Positions 49,752 to 56,196 of a stretch of DNA of 56,196 nt are shown piece after piece; the stretch's first letter is position 1, and every line of letters starts with the position of its first letter. This DNA is from an uncultured Acidimicrobiaceae bacterium. Lineage in GTDB: Bacteria; Actinomycetota; Acidimicrobiia; Acidimicrobiales; VFJN01. The stretch is taken from contig CAYUXB010000001.1 in assembly GCA_964448525.1 (NCBI GenBank), positions 1-56,196 on the forward strand, given 5' to 3'. The notes below the pieces were generated by a model. That model saw nothing but the letters and a program-made list of their open reading frames with translations, was not told the DNA's origin and searched no databases. The position numbers and the translations under genes were made by a program.

Positions 49752-50144
49752 ATGCGCGCCGAACAAGCCGATCCTCAGCGTGCTCCTCGCCCATCGGAGC
49801 GTGTCCACCGACCCCCGTCGGACCCGGAGGCGACCGCTGCCCGCCGCGAGCCCGCCGCCGGACCCGACGCGGCAGCTGCGGTCGTCGCCGAAGACGTCCG
49901 TCTCGATGACCGCCTGATCGTCGCGCCGGTGACCGGGGCCTTCTTCCCGGCCTTCGCCGAGGTGTCCGCCGAACACCCGGGTGTCGTCGCGGCCGGCGAC
50001 GAGATCGGTGTGCTGGTGCAGGCCGGCGACAAGCATCCCGTGGTCAGCCCTTTCACCGGGCAGCTCATGCGGCTGCTGGCGATGCCGGGCGAGCGGCTAC
50101 GGGAGCACCAGCCGGTCGCGTGGCTCACCATCACCGACGGCTGA
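49752..50144 (+). CDS. Biotin/lipoyl-attachment-like (hybrid beta-barrel) domain protein lacking the canonical (A/V)MKM motif
   Basis: IVAPVTGAFFPAF...VVAAGDEIGVLVQAGDKHPVVSPFTGQLMRLLAMPGERLREHQPVAWL matches the BCCP/lipoyl fold pattern. It has QAGDKH where EAMKM is expected. The N-terminal about 50 aa are low-complexity. Confidence 0.6.
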   Translation: MRAEQADPQRAPRPSERVHRPPSDPEATAARREPAAGPDAAAAVVAEDVRLDDRLIVAPVTGAFFPAFAEVSAEHPGVVAAGDEIGVLVQAGDKHPVVSPFTGQLMRLLAMPGERLREHQPVAWLTITDG

Positions 50145-50489
50145 CCGAGCGAGCCGGTTCACCGGGGTCGAGCGGCGACAGCGTGATGCCCGGCCCCGGT
50201 GTCCGGCGCGGCGCCGGCCGAGGCACGCTCCCCCGTAGCCCGACCGGCTGCTCAGCGCCGCTCCCCCGGAGGGGAACGACCGCCCGGTCACGGCGCTGTG
50301 GTCGGTGCGGTTCCACCGTCCAGCGGAGCTGTGGCGACCGGGCAGATGGTGGCCTGAAGTCGTGACCGGGGGCGGGTGCGCTGTGCCCACCCCCGCTCAC
50401 GAAACCTGCAGGCGTTCATGGCGGTCGCGGCGACCGCTCTCGCTTCGTGATGGTGGGAGCACCGTACGACCGACCAGCGTCGACAGTCA

Positions 50490-50571
50490 ACGGTTTTATT
50501 GACCGTCGGGTCGGTAAATCACGCGGTTACCATCAAGTAGGTTGTTTACACCGGCAGTGCAGGAATAGGCT
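50490..50571 (+). promoter_or_regulatory. TetR control region: inverted repeats ACGGT-N7-ACCGT (50490-50506) and GGTAA-N9-TTACC (50513-50531), TTGTTTAC (50542-50549, one mismatch to TTGTTGAC), and TAGGCT (50566-50571) 6 nt before GTG 50578
   Basis: All elements were read directly. The geometry suggests a leaderless tetR mRNA with autoregulatory operators. Confidence 0.4.
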
Positions 50572-50577
50572 GTCACC

Positions 50578-51201
50578 GTGACGGCAGCACAAGCAGAGTC
50601 GGCCGGTGCCGAACGGTCCACCCCCAAGCGCGTTCGCAAGCACCCCGACACGCGCCGGGCGGAGATCGTCGCGACGGCCCGCGAGGTCTTCGCCGCGACG
50701 GGCTACGCCGAGTCCGGCCTCGCCGAGATCGCCAGTGCTGCGAGCGTGTCCAAGGGACTGCTGTACCACTACTTCCCCGAGGGGCGGCCGCAGCTCTTCG
50801 TCAGCGTCATGCAGGGCTTGCTGGGCGAGTTCCAGCAACGGCTCCGACAGGCGTCGAAGATGCCCTTCTCCCCCCGCACGCGCATGGAGCACCTGCTCGC
50901 TGCCCTGTTCGGCTTCTTCGACGAGAACCCGTCGGCCTACCGCCTGCTGTTCCGCGACCCGTGGGTGACCCACGACGAAACGGTCGAGGCGTCGGCCATC
51001 GCCACGCGCATCCAGATCGCCTCCGAGCTCGCGAGCCTGATGGCCAGCTCCGCACTTCCCGCCGACGACCTGGTGTCCGCGAGCACCGGCATGCTCGGCT
51101 TCGCTCTCGCCAACGTCGAGCTGTGCATCGCCGGCCAGGTCGACGCCGAGACCGCGTGGCGCGTCACCTGCGAGTACGCGACCTCACGCTTCGTCGACTA
51201 G
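50578..51201 (+). CDS. TetR/AcrR-family transcriptional regulator
   Basis: RRAEIVATAREVFAATGYAESGLAEIASAASVSKGLLYHYF. Confidence 0.9.
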   Translation: MTAAQAESAGAERSTPKRVRKHPDTRRAEIVATAREVFAATGYAESGLAEIASAASVSKGLLYHYFPEGRPQLFVSVMQGLLGEFQQRLRQASKMPFSPRTRMEHLLAALFGFFDENPSAYRLLFRDPWVTHDETVEASAIATRIQIASELASLMASSALPADDLVSASTGMLGFALANVELCIAGQVDAETAWRVTCEYATSRFVD

Positions 51202-53025
51202 CGGATCGGCCACGAGCAGCCGCAGGCGTGGCCGGGTGGCCTCCTCGCCGTGCAGTGGCGCCTCCGACGGGTCGTCCGCAGGCTTTCCGCCGAGGCGCGC
51301 AGTGACCCGGGTGCCCTCGCCCGGAGCGCTTGCGATGCTGAGGGTCCCCTGACCGAGCAGGGCGAACGAGCGCATCGCCGCGATGCCCGACTCGAACATC
51401 ACCGCGGCGGGATCGAAGCCGATGCCGTCGTCGACGACTTCGGCCACGACCTCCCCGTCCTCGAACCTGATGGCGATGTCGAGGCGCCCGGCCTCGCTGT
51501 GGCGCCAGACGTTGCGCACCGCCTCCTGCACGATGCGCAACACCACGGTCTCCGTCGTCCAGTCGAAGACCACGTCGTCGTCGACGACGACGGTCTGCTG
51601 CGGGCTGCCACGGTCGTCGTACAAGCCATCGACGTAGGCGTGGATCGGCGCACTCAGGCTGTGGCAACGAGGACGGTCGACCTCGAGCGGTTGCACGGCC
51701 AGCATCAATCGGCGCAGGGACTCGGCCTGCTCGCGCAGCTCGTCGCGCACGAGCGTCGACACGCTTCCCGGCGCTTCCGCCATGCCGGGGGTGAGCGAGC
51801 TCATCTGGATGTAGGAGACGAAGGAGGCGTAGGCGGACACGGCCTGCTCGTGGAGCTGGGCGGCCACCCGGTGCCGGTCGTCGTCGGCTCGCTGCATCAC
51901 CCGGGCCAGCAGCTCCCGCCGGGCGGCGGCAGCCTGCTCCACCTGGCGGTAGAGCCGGCGGGTCTCGCGCACCGCCGCGAGCTGGCGCAGGGAGGCCAGC
52001 ACCAGGAGCACGCCCATGACCCCGAGCGAGTAGAGGGGCGCCCACCCGTGCTCGTCGCGCAGCAACAACGTGGTGACCACCAGCGACGGGAGGCCGACGA
52101 GCATCAGGGCCGCCGGAAGCCAGGCGCCACGGACCTGATCCTGCGGCGGCAGGCTCGCGAGGCCCGGCGAGATGCGGGCTGGGACGAACAGCGGCATGAG
52201 CAGCACCAGGCTCATGCACAGGGCGTGCAGGCCCAGGAGCGGCCCGCTCGGAAGCTCGAAGCCCGACACGCCCTGCACGGTCTGCGCGACGCCGTTGAGG
52301 AGCCCGACCAGCCCGAGGGCGACACCGACGCGGCCGATCATGCGGTTGCCGTAACCGTCGCCGCGCGTGCGCATGTGGAGCAGCACCGCCCAGTAGGTAC
52401 CGAAGACCATCGAGGCGGCAGCCACCGCCGCCGGCACGGCGTACCAGGCGTCGTCGGCCCCGACGACGTCGTCGCCCCACACCAGCACCGCCGGGGCCAC
52501 GACGACGATGACCGACATGACGCTCTCGAGCAGGTCGACCGACATGGCCCGCCGGCCAGAGCGCGAGCGCACCACCAGGACGAGCGCGGACATCAGCAGC
52601 AGCGATGTCACCGCCACGACCGTGGTGTTGAGCTGGATCGAGGTGCGGAACGGCAGGACCGTACCGAGCAGCATGGCGACGCCGATGCCGTACATCAGCG
52701 CCAGCCCGGCCAGCCACAGCCACCAGCACAGGTCGTCGGGACGGGCCGCCCGGCGGGCGGCGAGCACCGTGTGGAGCAGCGCCGGCGACGTGTACAGGCC
52801 GCTGGCCAGCACCGCGAAGACCAGGAGGTAGCTGGTCGTGGTCGTGGCGAACGACCCCACGAACACGACGACGGGCAGGGTGAGGCACACCCACGCCAAC
52901 GACACTCGTCGCAACTGCGAACAGAAGACGGGTTGCGATCTCGTCGTCGTGTCCTCGACCGGTCGTGAGAGCAGGCGGACGAGCCACTCGGGAGGCCGCG
53001 GGGCCGCGACCGTAGGCATGAGCAT
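51184..53025 (-). CDS. Multi-TM sensor histidine kinase (HisKA_3/NarL-partner type), with no adjacent response regulator
   Basis: About 10 hydrophobic segments. H-box-like DDRHRVAAQLHEQAVS. HATPase motifs IVQEAVRNVWRHS, DDGIGFD and GEGTRVTARLG. The MLM start at 53025 is preceded by GGGGGA. The 3' end overlaps the convergent tetR by 18 nt. Confidence 0.8.
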   Translation of the reverse strand: MLMPTVAAPRPPEWLVRLLSRPVEDTTTRSQPVFCSQLRRVSLAWVCLTLPVVVFVGSFATTTTSYLLVFAVLASGLYTSPALLHTVLAARRAARPDDLCWWLWLAGLALMYGIGVAMLLGTVLPFRTSIQLNTTVVAVTSLLLMSALVLVVRSRSGRRAMSVDLLESVMSVIVVVAPAVLVWGDDVVGADDAWYAVPAAVAAASMVFGTYWAVLLHMRTRGDGYGNRMIGRVGVALGLVGLLNGVAQTVQGVSGFELPSGPLLGLHALCMSLVLLMPLFVPARISPGLASLPPQDQVRGAWLPAALMLVGLPSLVVTTLLLRDEHGWAPLYSLGVMGVLLVLASLRQLAAVRETRRLYRQVEQAAAARRELLARVMQRADDDRHRVAAQLHEQAVSAYASFVSYIQMSSLTPGMAEAPGSVSTLVRDELREQAESLRRLMLAVQPLEVDRPRCHSLSAPIHAYVDGLYDDRGSPQQTVVVDDDVVFDWTTETVVLRIVQEAVRNVWRHSEAGRLDIAIRFEDGEVVAEVVDDGIGFDPAAVMFESGIAAMRSFALLGQGTLSIASAPGEGTRVTARLGGKPADDPSEAPLHGEEATRPRLRLLVADPLVDEA

Positions 53026-53201
53026 GCGTATCCCCCATCCTCGGCACCTGAACCGGGTGCCTCGACGACCAGCGCCGCATAAATAAGTACAGTGGTGTCG
53101 GAAACCTGTCAACCCGGCACCCCCGCCAGCTGTCTCGTTGCTGTCCGCCAGCTGGCTCCCTCACCGAGACGACTGCTCGGCACGATTCAAGCACGAAACG
53201 T

Positions 53202-53235
53202 GATGCGTGGATGACATCCCGGCGTCATCCGCGTC
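53202..53235. promoter_or_regulatory. Imperfect inverted repeat (core GGATGAC-N8-GTCATCC) between the kinase and acyl-CoA dehydrogenase genes
   Basis: 53209-53215 is the reverse complement of 53224-53230, with partial extension on both sides. Confidence 0.35.
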
Positions 53236-53313
53236 TGAAGCGTAATGTTGCCGGTGTCAACTCCCCCGTAGGCGCCGGCGTCCACAAGGCGTCCTGTGCG
53301 AAAGAGGCACAGC

Positions 53314-54495
53314 ATGTACCTCGAGTTCACCGACGATCAGCTCGAGCTGCGCGAGAGCGCCCGCGCCGCGCTCGCCCGTGAGTGCCCGCCTCAACTGGTG
53401 CGCGCCATCGCTGCCGGGGGGCTGGGGGAAGAGGGGTTGAGCACGGCGTTGAGCTGGCTCGGCTGGCCGGCGCTCACCATCGACGTCGATCTCGGCGGTC
53501 TGGGACGGAGCTACGTCGAGCTGGCCATCGTGCTCGAGGAGCTCGGCCGGGCAGCCGCGCCGGGCACCTTCCTCCCGACGATGACCCACTTCGTCCCCGT
53601 GGTGCGGGAGGCCGGCACCGAGGCCCAGGTCCACCGCTTCCTCGCGGGGGTGGCCTCCGGCGACGTCAGCGGCACACTCGCCCTCCACGAGGGCGGGCGA
53701 TGGGATCCGGACGCGGTGATGGCCACCGCCGAGCGCGACGGTGACGGCTGGCTGCTCCACGGGCACAAGCAACATGTCCTCGGCGCCCCCGACGTCGACG
53801 AGGTCGTGGTTGCCGCCCGGCGCGGATCGGGCACGCTGGGTCTCTTCGTCGTGCGGTCGGCCGAGCTCACCTTCAAGCGCACCACCAGCCTCGACGCCAC
53901 GCGGAAGCTCGCCAACGTCGAGCTCAACGGGGTCTGGGTGCCCGAGGCGCGGGTCCTCGGCGAACCCGATGCAGATGCCGGCAAGGCGCTGTCGCGCGCC
54001 CTCAGCGAGGCGACCGTCGGGCTCGCCCTCGATGCGCTCGGCGCCTGCGACGCCATGTTCGACCTCTCGCTCGACATCGCCCGCGGGCACGGCGGTGCCG
54101 GGCAGGCCACCGAGCACGAGCTCGCCGACATGCTGGTCGCGATCGAGACGGCACGCGCCGCGATCTACCAGGCGGCGTGCGCCGTTGCGGAGCGCGACGG
54201 CTCGGCGGCCCATGCCGCCTCGGTGGCCAAGGCCGCGATCGGCGGGTGCCAGCGACTCGTGAGCCGCCAGAGCCTCGAGATCTGCGAGCCGGCGATGGCG
54301 CGCGCGGCCGCCGCGGGCGGGGCCGAGGACGCCCGAACCGACGACCCCCGAGACCTCCGCCTGTGGGTGCGCCGCGCCCAGGCCGACGACCTGTTGTGCG
54401 GCTCCGCGGTCGACCACCGGCGCATCGTCGCCGACCACGTGTTGAGCGCCCGGCGGGCACGCTCCTCCCAGCTCGCCGGCGCGCTGTTCGGCTGA
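53314..54495 (+). CDS. Acyl-CoA dehydrogenase family protein (C-terminal third divergent)
   Basis: AAAGAGG lies 6 nt upstream of ATG 53314. MYLEFTDDQLELRESARAALARE is a typical ACAD N-terminus. ADMLVAIETARAAIYQAA and LRLWVRRAQADDLLCGS resemble the ACAD C-terminal helices. The R-QFG-like region is not recognisable. Confidence 0.7.
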   Translation: MYLEFTDDQLELRESARAALARECPPQLVRAIAAGGLGEEGLSTALSWLGWPALTIDVDLGGLGRSYVELAIVLEELGRAAAPGTFLPTMTHFVPVVREAGTEAQVHRFLAGVASGDVSGTLALHEGGRWDPDAVMATAERDGDGWLLHGHKQHVLGAPDVDEVVVAARRGSGTLGLFVVRSAELTFKRTTSLDATRKLANVELNGVWVPEARVLGEPDADAGKALSRALSEATVGLALDALGACDAMFDLSLDIARGHGGAGQATEHELADMLVAIETARAAIYQAACAVAERDGSAAHAASVAKAAIGGCQRLVSRQSLEICEPAMARAAAAGGAEDARTDDPRDLRLWVRRAQADDLLCGSAVDHRRIVADHVLSARRARSSQLAGALFG

Positions 54496-54503
54496 CCGGG
54501 CGC

Positions 54504-55679
54504 TCAGCGCAGCGGCAGGCCGAGCACCCGGCCCGCGACCCGGTCGCGCTCGGCGCCGAGGCCGCCGGCGCCTGCCACCTCGGCAGTGGCATCGGACCAC
54601 TCGTTCCCCCAGGAACCGCTCGGCCAGCCCTGGGGCCCGTCGATGCCCATGTCGAGGCCGTCGGCACCCAGCACCTCGAGCCCGGTGAGGTAGACACGCT
54701 CCTCGACCTGGGCGGTGACGAGAGGCAGCATCCCCAGCTCGGGGTTGGCACGACTCGTCGACTGCTTGGCCAACGCCCGGTAGGCGAGCGCCCGCACGGC
54801 GTCAGCGTCGACCCGTAGCCCGGCGAGGGTGTCCCGAAAGACCCCGTCGTCGGCCAGGCCGCGCGATCGTCCCATCTCGGCGAGGGAGCCGAGTGCACGC
54901 TCGATGGCGAGCAGGCTCGTGATCCACCGCACCGACCGCAGGCGGGCCCGGACGGACTGGAGCACCGGCCATCCCTGGTCGCGCTCGCCGATCAGCTGCT
55001 CGGGGCCGATGCCGACCCCGTCGAACACCAGACGGTCATCCACCTCGGAGGGGCGCACCACGCCCTCGGCCGCCAGGTCCACGGCGACGACAGCCACCCC
55101 GTCGACCCGGCGACCGCCCGCTGCGGCTGTGACGCCGCAGAGGCACCGGTCAGCGTCGGTCGCACCACGCGGCGCGGCCAGCGAACCGTGGAGCGACAGC
55201 GCGCCGCCGTCCCCTTCGACGATCGTCGGCGGGCGACTCGACGCAGGAGACGGCGACCCGTCGGCGGGCTCGGTCGCCTCGACCTCGCCGACGGCGACGC
55301 ACCAGCTCGTGTCGCCCTGCAGCGTGGAGGGCAGCCAGTCGTCCTGCTGAACGCCGACGCCGTGGTCGGCCAACGTGGGCGCACACACGTCGAGACCCTG
55401 CAGGTTGGTGGTGCGGGGCACGCGGCGTCGGGCGAGCTCCTCGAGGTAGATCATCTGCTCGACGGCCGACGCGTCCCGGCCGCCGAGCTCGGGCGGCCAG
55501 CGCGGCACGAGCCAGCCGGCATCGAACAGCGTGGCCTGCCAGTCGCGCGCCCAGCCGGGGATGTGACCGGGCGACCGCGGCGGGTCGGAGGCACGGTCAG
55601 ACGCCGGCTGGTTCTCGTCGAGCCACGCCGTCAGGTCGTCACGGAAGCGGGCCTCGGCCCGACTGTCGGAGAGGCGCAC
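54504..55679 (-). CDS. Acyl-CoA dehydrogenase family protein
   Basis: GTG 55679 gives VRLSDSRAEARFRDDLTAWLDEN...LFDAGWLVPRWPPELGGRDASAVEQMIYLEELARRRVP, with a C-terminal ...AERDRVAGRVLGLP. Confidence 0.75.
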   Translation of the reverse strand: MRLSDSRAEARFRDDLTAWLDENQPASDRASDPPRSPGHIPGWARDWQATLFDAGWLVPRWPPELGGRDASAVEQMIYLEELARRRVPRTTNLQGLDVCAPTLADHGVGVQQDDWLPSTLQGDTSWCVAVGEVEATEPADGSPSPASSRPPTIVEGDGGALSLHGSLAAPRGATDADRCLCGVTAAAGGRRVDGVAVVAVDLAAEGVVRPSEVDDRLVFDGVGIGPEQLIGERDQGWPVLQSVRARLRSVRWITSLLAIERALGSLAEMGRSRGLADDGVFRDTLAGLRVDADAVRALAYRALAKQSTSRANPELGMLPLVTAQVEERVYLTGLEVLGADGLDMGIDGPQGWPSGSWGNEWSDATAEVAGAGGLGAERDRVAGRVLGLPLR

Positions 55680-55731
55680 GACCGGGACGTTACCGGCCCG
55701 TGCTCCGTGCTGGTCGGATGGGCGAATCGGC

Positions 55732-56196
55732 CTACGTGTGCGGCCCGTGCGGCGAAGGCTCGGCGGTCGCGCCGGTGTCGCCGGGATCGGTGCACTCGAT
55801 GAGGGACGCCTCCGCCCGGGTGGCGCCGAGGCTCCGCTGGTCGAGGGCGTGCACCAACTCGTCGGCCACCAGCGGCAGCAGCGCGGGCGACACGAGGAGC
55901 GCGATCTTGTCGGCGACGGCGTGCGCCACGGCACGAGCGACGTCGTGATCGAGATCACCGAGCAGGGCGACGGTGGCGGCGACCCGATCGTGCCGGTCGT
56001 CGTCGGCCTCGTCCTGTCGGGCAGCGGCGTCGCCAGCAGGCCCGGCGTCGCCGTCGCCCTGCAGGACGATCGCGTCGTCAGCGAGCCGGGCGGCGGCTTG
56101 GCCCTGCAGGTCGACCACCTCGTCAGCGAGCGGGGCGGCGGCTTGGCCCTGCAGGTCGACCACCTCGTCAGCGGGCTCGGCCCCCACCTCGTCGTC
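55732..56196 (-). CDS. Hypothetical protein, 5'-partial at the window edge, with 15-aa tandem repeats (ADEVVDLQGQAAAxL)
   Basis: The frame is open to the window end. Composition is Asp/Ala/Leu-rich rather than R/P-rich. It lies 52 nt upstream of, and co-oriented with, the ACAD gene. No family recognised. Confidence 0.4.
   Translation of the reverse strand, partial: DDEVGAEPADEVVDLQGQAAAPLADEVVDLQGQAAARLADDAIVLQGDGDAGPAGDAAARQDEADDDRHDRVAATVALLGDLDHDVARAVAHAVADKIALLVSPALLPLVADELVHALDQRSLGATRAEASLIECTDPGDTGATAEPSPHGPHT
56076..56196. repeat. 45-bp tandem repeat (cgtcagcgagcSgggcggcggcttggccctgcaggtcgaccacct), two full copies plus degenerate flanking copies, reaching the 3' window edge
   Basis: 56076-56120 versus 56121-56165 differ at one position. 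There are partial copies at 56053-56075 and 56166-56196. Confidence 0.85.

Noticed and set aside
50097-50502. Short ORFs in the 433-bp gap (50097..50390, 50120..50365, 50131..50400, 50305..50502)
   Set aside because: They mutually overlap, are R/P/G-rich, and lack start context or family resemblance. The region is treated as non-coding pending RNA or conservation data.
1-56196. CRISPR interpretation of the tandem repeats at 1-70, 43731-44350 and 56053-56196
   Set aside because: The units are directly adjacent (35- and 45-bp arrays) or are coding ACP modules. None has the unique-spacer architecture, and no cas genes are present.
1-56196. Mobile-element or genomic-island boundaries around the PKS island (transposase, integrase, tRNA attachment site, flanking direct repeats)
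   Set aside because: I found no transposase-like or integrase-like ORF, no tRNA gene, and no matching terminal repeats by eye. The island's GC content and codon style look like the rest of the window. Horizontal acquisition cannot be supported from this sequence alone.

Overview
High-GC (roughly 70%) Actinomycetota-like chromosomal window, densely coding, with about 50 supportable genes. I found no rRNA, tRNA, CRISPR array, transposase or integrase. Most very long ORFs in the six-frame track are Arg/Pro/Gly-rich antisense or off-frame artefacts of GC-rich DNA. These include the 3254-aa ORF at 39927-49691 and the first half of the 1919-aa ORF at 34402. Left third (1-23 kb): ordinary metabolism and stress genes. 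They comprise a PatA-type GNAT/NDP-forming acyl-CoA-synthetase-like protein acetyltransferase, a zinc metallopeptidase lipoprotein, an aldehyde dehydrogenase divergent from a P450, and an acetoacetyl-CoA synthetase. They also include a decayed cupredoxin gene, small GNAT/MmcQ/VOC/methyltransferase genes, a patatin-like lipase, a MerR/GyrI-like regulator, and an HtrA protease divergent from an OmpR-type two-component pair with a translationally coupled small acidic ORF. An MFS(DHA2)-TetR efflux pair closes this part. Centre (about 23.0-50.1 kb): the main item. It is a biosynthetic island built around a PUFA-synthase-like, split iterative type I PKS. One protein is KS plus a gutted AT. A second is AT-DH plus a PPTase-like half-domain. 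A 2503-aa protein carries two NMO/PfaD-type enoyl-reductase-like domains followed by KS-AT-ACP-ACP-KR. Around these sit a discrete Sfp-type PPTase, an ACP-like protein, an alpha/beta hydrolase, two paralogous GT1 glycosyltransferases and three paralogous class I methyltransferases. There are also two paralogous proteins with an unknown membrane-associated N-domain fused to a Zn-ribbon methyltransferase, plus an SDR, an APH-like kinase and a biotin/lipoyl-like protein. An AT-rich 8-mer, TTGTTGAC, occurs in four promoter-type intergenic regions of this island, and I saw it nowhere else by eye. Right end (50.5-56.2 kb): TetR regulator, orphan multi-TM HisKA_3-type sensor kinase, two acyl-CoA dehydrogenase-family genes, and a partial repeat-containing ORF running off the window. 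All family calls rest on motif recognition in the translated ORFs. No database search was possible, so homology and novelty claims need HMM/BLAST confirmation.
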